Notes under the pieces: generated by a model | Database searches by the model: none | What the model was told of the DNA's origin: nothing | The model's input: only the letters and a program-made list of their open reading frames with translations | Position numbers and translations under genes: made by a program | Shown: one piece after another, positions 20,716 to 33,161 of the stretch | Numbering within the stretch: the stretch's first letter is position 1 | How the letters are laid out: every line of letters starts with the position of its first letter | Assembly (NCBI GenBank): GCA_903876765.1 | Contig: CAIRBH010000006.1 | Location: 38,412-102,411, forward strand | Reading direction: 5' to 3' | From: an uncultured Pseudomonadota bacterium | Lineage (GTDB): Bacteria > Pseudomonadota > Gammaproteobacteria > Burkholderiales > Methylophilaceae | Length of the DNA: 64,000 nt

Positions 20716-20745
20716 TTTTCATGGACAAGGTATAATCCCATTATA
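20707..20745. promoter_or_regulatory. Putative overlapping divergent bioB/comF promoters
   Basis: Plus strand: TTGCCT (20707-12), 18 nt, TATAAT (20731-36). Palindrome TATAAT-CCC-ATTATA puts a second TATAAT on the minus strand (20745-40). Confidence 0.5.
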
Positions 20746-20771
20746 AATCAAGCTACTAAAAAGGAATTTCC

Positions 20772-21785
20772 ATGCACGCATCCACCGCATCTGTCGTGAT
20801 TAACACCGATAGCTTAAGCGCTAATCTAGCTCAGTCGTGCGATAGGCATACCGTCGATCGCTGGTCTGTAGCTGATATTGTCGCATTATTCGAGCTGCCT
20901 TTCAGTGATTTAATGTACAGAGCACAAACCGTGCATCGCGCCCAGTTTGACCCAAATGCAGTGCAAGTGAGCACTTTGTTATCGATTAAAACTGGCGGCT
21001 GTTCTGAAGATTGTGGCTATTGTCCCCAGGCAGCGCGCTACCATACCGAGGTAGAAAGTGAGCCATTGATGAAGCTAGACGACGTCTTACTTGCAGCGCA
21101 AGAAGCAAAAGACAATGGCGCTAGCCGGTTTTGTATGGGTGCAGCTTGGCGTGGACCAAAGCAGCGTGACCTCGAGCCCGTGTTAAAAATGATTGCTGAA
21201 GTCAAAGCGATGGGTTTGGAAACTTGCGCAACATTAGGCATGTTAAAAGAAGGTCAAGCCGAGCAGCTAAAACAAGCGGGGTTAGATTATTACAATCATA
21301 ATTTAGACACCGCACCTGAATTTTATGGCGAAGTCATCACCACTCGCACCTATCAAGATAGACTGGAAACATTAGACCGAGTGCGTAATGTTGATATTAA
21401 CGTATGTAGTGGCGGCATTATAGGCATGGGCGAATCGCGCAATCAGCGTGCTGGCTTATTAGCGCAGCTGGCTAATATGGAGCGCCCCCCTGAAAGTGTG
21501 CCGATTAATTTGCTGACGCAAGTTGAAGGGACGCCCTTGCATGGCACAGAAGCACTAGACCCGATGGAATTTGTCCGCACCATCGCCGCAGCGCGCATTA
21601 CCATGCCAACTAGTTTTGTGCGTTTATCCGCGGGGCGGCAATCTATGCATGAAGGCATACAGGCGCTATGCTTTTTAGCGGGCGCCAATAGTATTTTTTA
21701 TGGTGAAAAATTACTCACAACGGCAAATCCTGAAGCTTCTGAAGATAAAAAACTGTTCGCCAAACTAGGCATTAATCGTATTTAA
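20772..21785 (+). CDS. bioB: Biotin synthase (radical SAM)
   Basis: [41 protein letters not shown]. Confidence 0.98.
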   Translation: MHASTASVVINTDSLSANLAQSCDRHTVDRWSVADIVALFELPFSDLMYRAQTVHRAQFDPNAVQVSTLLSIKTGGCSEDCGYCPQAARYHTEVESEPLMKLDDVLLAAQEAKDNGASRFCMGAAWRGPKQRDLEPVLKMIAEVKAMGLETCATLGMLKEGQAEQLKQAGLDYYNHNLDTAPEFYGEVITTRTYQDRLETLDRVRNVDINVCSGGIIGMGESRNQRAGLLAQLANMERPPESVPINLLTQVEGTPLHGTEALDPMEFVRTIAAARITMPTSFVRLSAGRQSMHEGIQALCFLAGANSIFYGEKLLTTANPEASEDKKLFAKLGINRI

Positions 21786-21786
21786 C

Positions 21787-22944
21787 ATGCTGGCATCACT
21801 GCAATTAGCCCTAGATAAACGCCAGGCACAAGGCTTGCTGCGCCAGCGCCGCTTGTTAGATTCGCCGCAGGCCGAGCATATTGTGGCGAACAGCCAGCCT
21901 TACTTGTCTTTTTGCAGCAATGATTATCTGGGCTTGGCTAATCACCCCAAGCTGATTGCTGCCATGCAGCAGGCGGCAGGCGATTCTGGTGTAGGCAGTG
22001 GCGCATCCAATTTAATTACTGGCCATCATCGCTATCATGATGATTTAGAAAAGCAGTTAGCTAAATTTGTCGGTCTACCCGCAGCCTTATTATTTTCTAC
22101 TGGGTATATGGCCAACATCGGCGTGCTGGGGGCTTTGGTCGGCCGTGGTGATGCGATTTTTGCCGATAAATTAAACCATGCCTGCTTAAATGACGGCAGT
22201 TATTATTCGCTGGCGCAATTTAATCGTTTTGCGCATAACGATGTGGCAGCGCTGGAAGGCTTACTTAAATTAAGCACAGCAAAGCATAAATTAATTGCGG
22301 TGGATGCTGTGTTTAGCATGGATGGCGATATTGCACCGCTTGCAGAATACTTAGCTCTTTGCGAAAAATACGACGCCTACCTTTATGTGGATGATGCGCA
22401 TGGCTTTGGTGTGCTAGGTGAGCATGGCCAAGGTTCGCTCAATCACCTTCACTTAAAGTCACCGCGTATTATCATGATGGCCACCCTAGGCAAGGCTGCT
22501 GGTGTGGCGGGGGCTTTTGTGGCGGGCGAGCAAGTGGTGGTAGATTATTTAATTCAAACCGCCAAAAGCTACGTTTATTCAACACCTGCGCCGCCAGCCT
22601 TGTCTGCCACGCTTAGCGCATCCATTAATCTGATTGCCCAAGGCGATGATTTGCGTGGTCATTTGTTCAGTTTAATTGAGTACTTTAAACATAATCTACA
22701 TTGTAAAAAATGGCGCTTGCTGCCATCCGCAACCTCGATACAACCTTTGCTGGTAGGCAGCAATCAAGACGCATTGGCGCTGAGTGCATTTTTACAAAAT
22801 GCTGGTATTTTAGTGCCCGCCATCAGGCCACCTACAGTGCCGCAGGGTACAGCAAGATTACGCATTTCAATATCGGCGGCGCATCGTTTAGACGATGTAA
22901 AAAAATTAATTTTAGCGATTAATCAAGCGGAAACTGTTTTATGA
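21787..22944 (+). CDS. bioF: 8-amino-7-oxononanoate synthase
   Basis: SNDYLGL, FSMDGD, DDAHG, TLGKA (PLP Lys), AIRPPTVP. Confidence 0.97.
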   Translation: MLASLQLALDKRQAQGLLRQRRLLDSPQAEHIVANSQPYLSFCSNDYLGLANHPKLIAAMQQAAGDSGVGSGASNLITGHHRYHDDLEKQLAKFVGLPAALLFSTGYMANIGVLGALVGRGDAIFADKLNHACLNDGSYYSLAQFNRFAHNDVAALEGLLKLSTAKHKLIAVDAVFSMDGDIAPLAEYLALCEKYDAYLYVDDAHGFGVLGEHGQGSLNHLHLKSPRIIMMATLGKAAGVAGAFVAGEQVVVDYLIQTAKSYVYSTPAPPALSATLSASINLIAQGDDLRGHLFSLIEYFKHNLHCKKWRLLPSATSIQPLLVGSNQDALALSAFLQNAGILVPAIRPPTVPQGTARLRISISAAHRLDDVKKLILAINQAETVL

Positions 22945-23756
22945 ACATGACAGCCAATAATATTCATATAGAAACCATGGGCGCTGGCCCTAACTTACTA
23001 TTCATACACGGCTGGGGCATGAATGGTGCGGTATGGCAGCCTATCGTCAAACGCTTAAGTAAATTTTTCACCCTGCATATTATTGATTTGCCAGGTATGG
23101 GCATGAGTCGGCCGATAGAACCTGTGCATTTGCATAGTTTGGCAGAAAAAGTCGCCGAAATTATGCCCGCGAATGCAGATGTAGTCGGCTGGTCTCTAGG
23201 CGGGCAAATCGCTCTGCGCATTGCGCTGGATTACCCTGACTTGGTGCGTCGGCTGGTGCTGGTCGGCAGTACGCCCTGTTTTGTCAATAAAAGTTTTGAT
23301 AAAGAAAATATTGAATACAAAAAAACATGGGATGCGGGCATAGAGCCTGAAGTGTTCGGTAATTTTGCTGATAATGTCAATGAGGATTACCATAAAACCA
23401 TGACGCAGTTTTTAACCTTGCAGTGCATGGGGGCAAGCGATGCTAGGGCGACGGTTAAGCTACTACGGCAAAAATTTTCTGAACGGCCCACGCCGACCGC
23501 ACAAACTTTATATCGCATGCTGGATATCTTGCTAGAGACCGACTTACGTGCCGAAATCCAATATTTAAGAAAGCCAATATTACTGGTGCATGGCGATCGT
23601 GATTCCTTAGCGCCAGTACAGGCTGCACATTGGATGGCGCAACATTTACCAGTATGCTATTTACGGGTGATAGCTGGTGCTTCGCACGCGCCTTTTTTGT
23701 CGCATCAAGCACAGTTTGTTGATGCGCTGGTGCAGTTTTTAGAGCCGCAGATTTAA
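22941..23756 (+). CDS. bioH: Pimeloyl-ACP methyl ester carboxylesterase
   Basis: IHGWGMN, GWSLGG nucleophile elbow, GDRD, HAPF; lies within the bio cluster. Confidence 0.93.
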   Translation: MNMTANNIHIETMGAGPNLLFIHGWGMNGAVWQPIVKRLSKFFTLHIIDLPGMGMSRPIEPVHLHSLAEKVAEIMPANADVVGWSLGGQIALRIALDYPDLVRRLVLVGSTPCFVNKSFDKENIEYKKTWDAGIEPEVFGNFADNVNEDYHKTMTQFLTLQCMGASDARATVKLLRQKFSERPTPTAQTLYRMLDILLETDLRAEIQYLRKPILLVHGDRDSLAPVQAAHWMAQHLPVCYLRVIAGASHAPFLSHQAQFVDALVQFLEPQI

Positions 23757-23763
23757 TTGCTGT

Positions 23764-24675
23764 ATGCTGATTATGGATAGTTACCACATAGATAAAGCCC
23801 GCGTGCGAGCCTCTTTTGGCCGCGCAGCCCGCAGCTATGATGCGTCGGCTATTTTGCAGCAGCAAGTGCGCGAGGAAATGCTAAGTCGCCTAGACTTAGT
23901 AAAACTCGCCCCACAAGCCATATTAGACGCTGGGTGTGGCACGGGGGCGGCCAGTCACGATTTGCGCAAACGTTTTGCAAGCGCACAAGTGGTTTCACTG
24001 GACTTTGCCCTGCCCATGTTAGAAAAGACCAGAGCGGCAGGCCATCATACTGGTTTAATCGGGCAGATTAAAAGTTTATGGACTAGTGAAAAACACCATT
24101 TGCTCTGCGCGGATATAGAATCGCTGCCATTGGCAAGTCGCAGTATGGACTTAGTCTGGTCTAATTTGGCCATTCAGTGGTGTAATGATTTAGATGCAGC
24201 ACTACAAGAATTTTATCGGGTATTGCAACCAGCAGGCTTGCTGATGTTTAGTACCTTTGGGCCAGATACGCTCAAAGAGTTGCGAGCTGCAAGCAGTGGC
24301 CAAAACGGGGTGACTAGCGTGAGCCGATTCCTCGACATGCATGACATCGGCGATGCCCTAATTAGAGCTGGGTTCAGTGCACCTGTACTTGATGTGGAGC
24401 GCTTTACGCTGACTTATGATGATGCAAAAAGTGTGATGCATGACCTTAAAAGCATAGGGGCAAATAACGCCACACATAGCCGTGCACGCGGCTTGCTAGG
24501 CCGAGGTTTTTTAGAAAAGCTTGCGGCTAACTATGAGCAATTTAGGCTGGCGGGTAAATTGCCCGCGACTTTTGAGGTGGTGTATGGCCATGCGTGGCGC
24601 GGCCAAGACAAAGCCTTATTTGAGCATGGCGTATCGCCGATTAGCTTCAAAACTAGGCATAAACCAACTGAATGA
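23764..24675 (+). CDS. bioC: Malonyl-ACP O-methyltransferase
   Basis: F.RAA..YD, LDAGCGTG SAM motif, FSTFGPDTLKEL, ATFEVVYG. Confidence 0.94.
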   Translation: MLIMDSYHIDKARVRASFGRAARSYDASAILQQQVREEMLSRLDLVKLAPQAILDAGCGTGAASHDLRKRFASAQVVSLDFALPMLEKTRAAGHHTGLIGQIKSLWTSEKHHLLCADIESLPLASRSMDLVWSNLAIQWCNDLDAALQEFYRVLQPAGLLMFSTFGPDTLKELRAASSGQNGVTSVSRFLDMHDIGDALIRAGFSAPVLDVERFTLTYDDAKSVMHDLKSIGANNATHSRARGLLGRGFLEKLAANYEQFRLAGKLPATFEVVYGHAWRGQDKALFEHGVSPISFKTRHKPTE

Positions 24676-25325
24676 CAAAGTCATACTTCATCATAGGTAC
24701 AGATACGCATGTTGGCAAAACCTATATCGCGAGTGCATTAGTCAAGCAATTTGCGGCCTCAGGGCTTAAAAGCATAGGCATGAAGCCAGTCGCATCGGGC
24801 TGCCAGTACCATAAAAATGGCGTGCTGATGAACGAAGACGTCGCCGCTTTAATGCATGTGAGCAATGTCAGCGCCAGCTTAGATATGATCAACCCATATC
24901 GTTTTGCTGCTGCCATCGCTCCACATATTGCGGCCGAACAAGCTGGGGTTAGTATCAGCTTGCAAGTGATTGCCGATGCCTACCAAGCGCTTGATGGTAT
25001 AGCCGATGTGGTGATAGTGGAGGGGGCAGGCGGTTTGCTAGTGCCGCTCAATGCCAGCCAAACGCTAGCAGATTTGGCTGTGCTAATTGATATTCCTCTA
25101 ATTTTAGTGGTGGGTATGCGCCTAGGTTGCATTAACCATGCGCTTTTGACGGTAGAGTTGATTAAAGCGCGCGGCCTCAAACTTGCTGGCTGGGTGGCCA
25201 ACCAGATAGACCCTCACATGAGCATGTTTGAGGAGAATTTGGCTAGTTTGCAAAAACGTATTGCCGCACCTTGTCTAAGTGTTGTGCGCTGGCAAACCCA
25301 AGCCCATTTTAGCCTAGGCGCTTAA
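24672..25325 (+). CDS. bioD: Dethiobiotin synthase
   Basis: GTDTHVGKT, KPVASG, EGAGG, LGCINHA. Confidence 0.96.
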   Translation: MTKSYFIIGTDTHVGKTYIASALVKQFAASGLKSIGMKPVASGCQYHKNGVLMNEDVAALMHVSNVSASLDMINPYRFAAAIAPHIAAEQAGVSISLQVIADAYQALDGIADVVIVEGAGGLLVPLNASQTLADLAVLIDIPLILVVGMRLGCINHALLTVELIKARGLKLAGWVANQIDPHMSMFEENLASLQKRIAAPCLSVVRWQTQAHFSLGA

Positions 25326-25352
25326 AACTCAGACTAAGCTTTGATGGGCTGT

Positions 25353-26924
25353 TTACTCAATGATTTGCGCGTATTCCACGGATATTTGATATAACTGCAG
25401 CTCTTGCGGGTTGCTGATTTTTTGACCCAAGGCCAGTTTATTCCGCCCGCCAGCCGCCAGGCCAGTTCGCATCATTAAAGGTGCGCTTTGTGCTGCAATG
25501 CGGCCTGTTTGCGCATCACGTTTGATTAGCCGCAGATGCACTTGGCCGATGGCAACTGGCGTGTTATTTTGCACGACCGCAAATAAATTACCAGCACTGT
25601 CGGCCTGCACCCCAGCTTTAAGATACTTGGCAGGATTACGCGGTAAGTCTAGGCGTATGCTGCGCGCCGCTGCCTCTTTGCCAATATCAGAGTTAGACTC
25701 GGCAGCCACTTGATAATGTTGTAAGGCCAGTGCTGTTTCACCGCGATCTTCAGCAATTTGCCCGAGTAAAGCGTGGCCTGGCGCGGTCGGCAATAGCTCA
25801 TTTGCCCGTTTCAGAAACGCTTCTGCCTCGGCTTTTTTGCCCATATTAAATAGTGCGATGCCACTTTGTATGTGCGGTTTAAAATAATCGGGCTGCAATT
25901 TGATGGCTTTATCATAAAGCACTAAAGCTGGTTCTGGCTTTTTCTGCATTAAGGCAATGTCACCCAATAATTCTTGAAAGCGTGCTTCACGCGGTTCGCC
26001 GGCAATGGCTTGCTTGGCTAATAGGCTGGCCTTGGCAAAGTCTTTGGCGGCCAGTGCTTTTACCGCTTCATCATAAGCTAAATAAGCGGCTTGCGTAGCT
26101 TTAAGATGACTGACTTTTTGCGTATAAGTCTCTTTGCCCAAATCACCGCCAGCGCCAATTTGCGCCAGAGTCACTTTGTTGGCAGCCACACGTTCAGGCG
26201 AGGGTGGGTGGCTGGCAAATAGCCCGTCTATGAAGTTGCTCTTGCGGTCTGCACTTAGCCGCACAAAAGTCTCTTGTAGCTTGACCGCGGCACTAGGGTC
26301 GTATCCAGCTTTTTTCATGTAGTGCATACCATATAAATCAGACTCACTTTCTGCATCACGGCCATATTTACTGCTGATAAGTTGCGTGCCCACTTGAGCG
26401 CCACCGACAATCAGCTTAGCGTAGTCATTGTTTTGCGCGCCTATGCCCACAGCAATCATCGCCCCTTGTAAAAACAGCCCGCGTTCCATGCCCTTAGCAC
26501 CGTGCCTTGCCGCAGCGTGCACCATTTCATGGCCGATGACCGCGGCTAATTCCGCCTCATTATTCAATTCATAAAGTAAGCCACGGTTAAAAGCAATCTT
26601 GCCGCCTGGCATCGCCCAAGCGTTAGGCGTAGAGTCATTGATGATGGTAAATTCGTAGGGCAATTTTCTATCAGAAACAGCTGCTAATTTATTGCCTATG
26701 CTTTGTACATAAGCGGTCAGTTCAGGGTCTAGGATGTAGTCACCGCCTTGAGATTGACGCGCAGGGCCATAATTTTGTTTGCCGATTGCAATCTCTTGTG
26801 ATTCAGAGACAAGTTGAAACTCTCTTTTTTTGGTCACTGGGTTAGTGCCGCAAGCAGTGGTTAATACTGCCATTAGCGTCAGCAAAACAAATATGCGCTT
26901 TTTACTATGGATAGAATTTAACAC
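25353..26924 (-). CDS. M48 family zinc metalloprotease lipoprotein with TPR region and extra C-terminal domain
   Basis: Lipobox LTTA-C, NAWAMPGG, HEMVH (HExxH), ESESD, SHP; TPR-like helical repeats after aa ~285. Confidence 0.88.
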   Translation of the reverse strand: MLNSIHSKKRIFVLLTLMAVLTTACGTNPVTKKREFQLVSESQEIAIGKQNYGPARQSQGGDYILDPELTAYVQSIGNKLAAVSDRKLPYEFTIINDSTPNAWAMPGGKIAFNRGLLYELNNEAELAAVIGHEMVHAAARHGAKGMERGLFLQGAMIAVGIGAQNNDYAKLIVGGAQVGTQLISSKYGRDAESESDLYGMHYMKKAGYDPSAAVKLQETFVRLSADRKSNFIDGLFASHPPSPERVAANKVTLAQIGAGGDLGKETYTQKVSHLKATQAAYLAYDEAVKALAAKDFAKASLLAKQAIAGEPREARFQELLGDIALMQKKPEPALVLYDKAIKLQPDYFKPHIQSGIALFNMGKKAEAEAFLKRANELLPTAPGHALLGQIAEDRGETALALQHYQVAAESNSDIGKEAAARSIRLDLPRNPAKYLKAGVQADSAGNLFAVVQNNTPVAIGQVHLRLIKRDAQTGRIAAQSAPLMMRTGLAAGGRNKLALGQKISNPQELQLYQISVEYAQIIE

Positions 26925-26984
26925 GAGTATTTCCTTGGATGATGGCCTTAGCTTAGGCTTAAAAAATAAAATGCCGCCAAACGA

Positions 26985-27635
26985 TTACAGCCCATGCTGG
27001 TAGAGCTTATTGCTTTGAATATAATCCAGCACGCTATCAGGCATTAATTGGCGCACAGCATATTGATGCCGTATTAGCTGGCGAATGGCGCTAGACGAAA
27101 TAGCCATTGGTGCAATCGCTTGCATGATGATGCAGCCAATAGCTTGGTGGCTTAAGTCATCTACATTTGTGGTGAGGTGCTGCTGTAAAAAACGCTCTAG
27201 CTCGCCATTTAAGGCTGGGCAGGCGGCATCTAGTGGCCGTTGCACAATGGCAATATGGCAAAGCTGAATAATCTGTTGCCAACCATGCCAAGTATTAAAT
27301 TGGCTAAAGGCATCGCTGCCCATAAATAATATTAAGCGGGTGTTTTTAGCCAGTTCTTGGCGTAAGCTGATCAGCGTATCTAAGGTGTACGACGGGCCAG
27401 TTTTGAGCAATTCTCTATCATCCAAGCTAAACATAGGGTTGCCGCTAATAGCCAGCTTGACCATGGCCGCTCTGTGCTGCGCAGAGGCTAAGGGTGCAGG
27501 CTTATGAGGTGGGACAGCGGCAGGAATAAAACGCACTTCATCTAACTTAAGCGCTACTGCGAGTGCTTGCGCCATGTTTAAATGACCAAAATGGATGGGG
27601 TCAAACGTGCCGCCTAATAAGCCTATGGTAGGCAT
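26985..27635 (-). CDS. nadD: Nicotinate-nucleotide adenylyltransferase
   Basis: GGTFDPIHFGH, PPHK, SYTLDTL, MGSDAF, ISSSAIR. Confidence 0.96.
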   Translation of the reverse strand: MPTIGLLGGTFDPIHFGHLNMAQALAVALKLDEVRFIPAAVPPHKPAPLASAQHRAAMVKLAISGNPMFSLDDRELLKTGPSYTLDTLISLRQELAKNTRLILFMGSDAFSQFNTWHGWQQIIQLCHIAIVQRPLDAACPALNGELERFLQQHLTTNVDDLSHQAIGCIIMQAIAPMAISSSAIRQLIRHQYAVRQLMPDSVLDYIQSNKLYQHGL

Positions 27636-28892
27636 TTAAGCTCTTACTTGGCCGTCGCCCAGTACTATATATTTGAGCGAAGTCAGGCCCTCTAAGCCCA
27701 CAGGGCCGCGTGCATGCAGTTTGTCAGTGGATATGCCAATTTCTGCACCTAAGCCATATTCAAAGCCATCGGCAAAGCGGGTAGAGGCATTCACCATCAC
27801 GCTACTAGAATCCACTTCACGCAAGAATTGACGCGCCTTGGTGTAGTTTTCGGTGACGATGGATTCGGTATGCTGTGATGAGTGCTGGTTAATATGCGCT
27901 ATCGCCTCATCTAAGCCTGCGACCACTTTGCAAGAGATAATAGCCGCCAAATATTCGGTATAAAAGTCTTCATCGCTAGCAGGTTTTGCCTGTTTGACTA
28001 AGGCGCAAGTTTCCGCACAACCGCGAATTTCTATGCCGTGCGCACTCAGCATGGCGGCGATTTTAGGCAGCATGGCTGGCGCTACAGAGCGTGCAATGAC
28101 TAATGATTCTGCAGTATTGCAGGTACCTAGGCGTTGGGTTTTGCTGTTTTCAACGATGCGTAAGGCTTTATCAAAATCTGCATCATCGTCTATATAAACA
28201 TGGCAATTGCCGTCTAAATGCTTGATGACAGGAATGCGCGCATCATTGCTGATACGCTCAATCAGGCCTTTGCCACCACGCGGTACGATGACATCCACAT
28301 ATTGCTTCATGGTAATTAATTCGCCCACCGCAGCGCGGTCGGTCACTTCTACCACTTGCACTGCTGTGCTAGGTAAGCCTGCTGCAGTTAGGCCTTCATG
28401 TACCAGTTTGGCTAGTGCTTGGTTGCAATGTATAGCCTCACTGCCGCCGCGCAATATAGCAGCATTGCCAGATTTAATGCATAGCCCAGCCGCATCTATA
28501 GTGACGTTAGGCCTAGCTTCATAGATGATGCCAATCACGCCCAATGGCACGCGCATTTTGCCAATTTGTATGCCGCTGGGCCTAAATTTGAAATCGCTCA
28601 TTTCACCAATAGGATCGGCAAGATTGGCTATTTGCGTCAGGCCTTCTGCCATGCTGTCGATAGATTTTTCGGTAATGGTCAGCCTATCTAACATTGCGTC
28701 ATCTAGGCCGTTGGCGCGCGCGGCATCTACATCAAGCTTATTGGCGGCCAGCAGGGCGGTTTTTTCATGCAAAATTGCTTGGGCAATATGGCTTAATGCC
28801 AGGTTTTTGATGCTGCTATCGGCACTGGCCATTTGGCGCGAGGCCTGACGAGCCGCTATGCCGATTTGTTGCATGTAATGTTTAATATCCAT
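27636..28892 (-). CDS. proA: Gamma-glutamyl phosphate reductase
   Basis: [48 protein letters not shown]. Alternative start 28907. Confidence 0.97.
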   Translation of the reverse strand: MDIKHYMQQIGIAARQASRQMASADSSIKNLALSHIAQAILHEKTALLAANKLDVDAARANGLDDAMLDRLTITEKSIDSMAEGLTQIANLADPIGEMSDFKFRPSGIQIGKMRVPLGVIGIIYEARPNVTIDAAGLCIKSGNAAILRGGSEAIHCNQALAKLVHEGLTAAGLPSTAVQVVEVTDRAAVGELITMKQYVDVIVPRGGKGLIERISNDARIPVIKHLDGNCHVYIDDDADFDKALRIVENSKTQRLGTCNTAESLVIARSVAPAMLPKIAAMLSAHGIEIRGCAETCALVKQAKPASDEDFYTEYLAAIISCKVVAGLDEAIAHINQHSSQHTESIVTENYTKARQFLREVDSSSVMVNASTRFADGFEYGLGAEIGISTDKLHARGPVGLEGLTSLKYIVLGDGQVRA

Positions 28893-28907
28893 GATTTTGC
28901 TGCCCAT

Positions 28908-28950
28908 GATTTTTATATCTATTTATATTTATGTCTATATCTATTTATAC
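28908..28950 (-). repeat. AT-rich degenerate tandem repeat in the proA leader
   Basis: TATATCTATTTATA at 28914-28927 and 28936-28949 (22-nt period). Confidence 0.75.
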
Positions 28951-29014
28951 CTAGGCCTGATTATACTTTTTAATATCAGTCAGGCGTTAGCGATAGCTGC
29001 ATTAAGCGCCATGT

Positions 29015-30028
29015 TTATCGTCCGCGCACCCTAGCCAAGCCAAAACACAGCCGCGAAATCTCAAGCCAAGCATCGCCTAGCATCACGCCTTTAGCGGTTT
29101 TATCAATATCGGCAAGCTTTTGCAGGGCTGCTTCTAATTGGCGCACACTTAATCTTGCCAAGGCGCGCTTGACTAACGACTGCCTATCGCCATAAATGCG
29201 AGCATTGCTCATGGCATTCATGACATTTTCTCCACGTAATTCAGCCTGCTTGATTCTTAGCAATGGCCGCAATACCCACAATAAGGGGCTCATGACAGCG
29301 ACAGCGTTTTCACCTTCATCTTGCAGGCCTTGTAAAATGCGTGCTGTGCGGCCTGCATCACCAGCGAGCACGGCTTCGCCTAATTGAAAAGCATCGTAGC
29401 GCGAAACATTCAGTACCGCCTCGCGCACCGCTGCATCAGACAGCTCGCCTTGCGGATAGAGCAGCCCAAGTTTTTGCACTTCTTGATTAGCCGCCAGTAA
29501 ATTACCTTCTACCTGATGCGCCAAAAATGCCAGCGTGGCTTGGCTAGTGTGTTGCCCTTGTAATGATAGTCTATTGGCTATCCAGTTGGGTAAGTGCGCC
29601 ACACTGATCGTATCTTGTGCGATGACGATGGCTTGTTTTTCTAGCGCGCTAAACCAGGCACTATTTTTAGCTTCACGCTCTAATTTTGGCAGAATAATCA
29701 CCACGCTAGTATCAGGCAGGCTAGCACTGGCCAAGGCCTGTAGCGCTTTGCCCCCTTCAACCCCAGGCTTGCCATTGGGGATATTAATTTCTAGTAACCG
29801 TTGGCTAGAAAATAGGGAGATAGATTGGCCGTAAGCCTGAATGTGTTGCCAATTAAAAGCGCGGTCAACAGTTAGGCTATTACGTTCATCAAAGCCTTGT
29901 GTTCGGGCTGCAAGGCGAATGGCGTCTAAGTTTTCTTGTTGAGCTAAGGGCTCATCGCCGACCAAGACATATAAGGGCTGTAAGCCTTGATTGAGGTGTT
30001 TTTCAAGTTGCGCCTGAGCTAATTGCAT
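29015..30028 (-). CDS. holA: DNA polymerase III subunit delta
   Basis: YVLVGDEPL, SLFSSQRLLEI, EGNLLAANQEVQKL, KGVMLGDAW; leuS-lptE-holA-proA-nadD order. Confidence 0.93.
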   Translation of the reverse strand: MQLAQAQLEKHLNQGLQPLYVLVGDEPLAQQENLDAIRLAARTQGFDERNSLTVDRAFNWQHIQAYGQSISLFSSQRLLEINIPNGKPGVEGGKALQALASASLPDTSVVIILPKLEREAKNSAWFSALEKQAIVIAQDTISVAHLPNWIANRLSLQGQHTSQATLAFLAHQVEGNLLAANQEVQKLGLLYPQGELSDAAVREAVLNVSRYDAFQLGEAVLAGDAGRTARILQGLQDEGENAVAVMSPLLWVLRPLLRIKQAELRGENVMNAMSNARIYGDRQSLVKRALARLSVRQLEAALQKLADIDKTAKGVMLGDAWLEISRLCFGLARVRGR

Positions 30029-30031
30029 GGG

Positions 30032-30523
30032 CTATTTAACGGTTAATCTAATGGCCGACAGCCTGCGCAATATTTCGCGTACCGTATCGCTACGCATATC
30101 AGCGTTTAATTGCGATTCTTCATCGAGCTTACCCAGCAAGGCCTCATCACTGTATGAGAAGTCTCGACGTGATTGTACGCTTTGTGGCGGACTCCAAATA
30201 GGGTTGGCTGGCTGACGCGTTCTAAAATTGACGTGATAATCAAGCTCATACTCACGGACTTTGCCGCCGCCACTTAAAGACAGAATGCGCTTTTCACTTG
30301 TCTCATTTAACATTTCTAATAATAAATCGGCGTCAGATTGATTATTCACTATGCGTATGCCATTGGCTTTAAATGATTGATCAAGCTCTCTAGAAATACT
30401 CAGTGTAGCGCCTTGAACGTACAAAGTTTTAAACGATAGTTCGGCGACACCACGTAGCTGAAAGCCGCAGCCAGAAAGCATTAAGCTAGCCAGTAGCGCT
30501 AACACCAAGCGGCTGTGTTGCAT
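30032..30523 (-). CDS. lptE: LPS-assembly lipoprotein LptE
   Basis: Lipobox LSG-C then GFQLRG, GKVREYEL; between leuS and holA. Alternative start 30547. Confidence 0.92.
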   Translation of the reverse strand: MQHSRLVLALLASLMLSGCGFQLRGVAELSFKTLYVQGATLSISRELDQSFKANGIRIVNNQSDADLLLEMLNETSEKRILSLSGGGKVREYELDYHVNFRTRQPANPIWSPPQSVQSRRDFSYSDEALLGKLDEESQLNADMRSDTVREILRRLSAIRLTVK

Positions 30524-30565
30524 AATATTCAAGCGTTGATATTGCATGGTGCCTACCCCCTTGTG

Positions 30566-33022
<2,457 letters not shown>

Positions 33023-33073
33023 TTAGCTATTCTTAAGGTTTAGATGAATACTTAAGATTATACCTTTGGCGTG

Positions 33074-33102
33074 TGAATAATGCGATTAATCGCATATATT
33101 CA
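33074..33102. promoter_or_regulatory. Loop-less palindrome upstream of leuS
   Basis: ATGCGATTAATCGCAT (33080-33095) is a perfect palindrome, extended by TGAATA/TATTCA with a 1-nt bulge. A minus-strand TATAAT lies at 33062-33057. Confidence 0.5.
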
Positions 33103-33161
33103 ACAGATAATACCTTGGCGACCTTAAGTGTTGCCTGCGGCATATTTTGCCCGTGATTATT

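Noticed and set aside
23455-23865. Long antisense or alternate-frame ORFs (also 28207..28848, 35528..35914, 44405..44734, 48169..48495, 62511..62909 and others)
   Set aside because: They fully overlap well-supported genes, have Ser/Pro/Arg-rich shadow-ORF composition, and lack an RBS or motifs.
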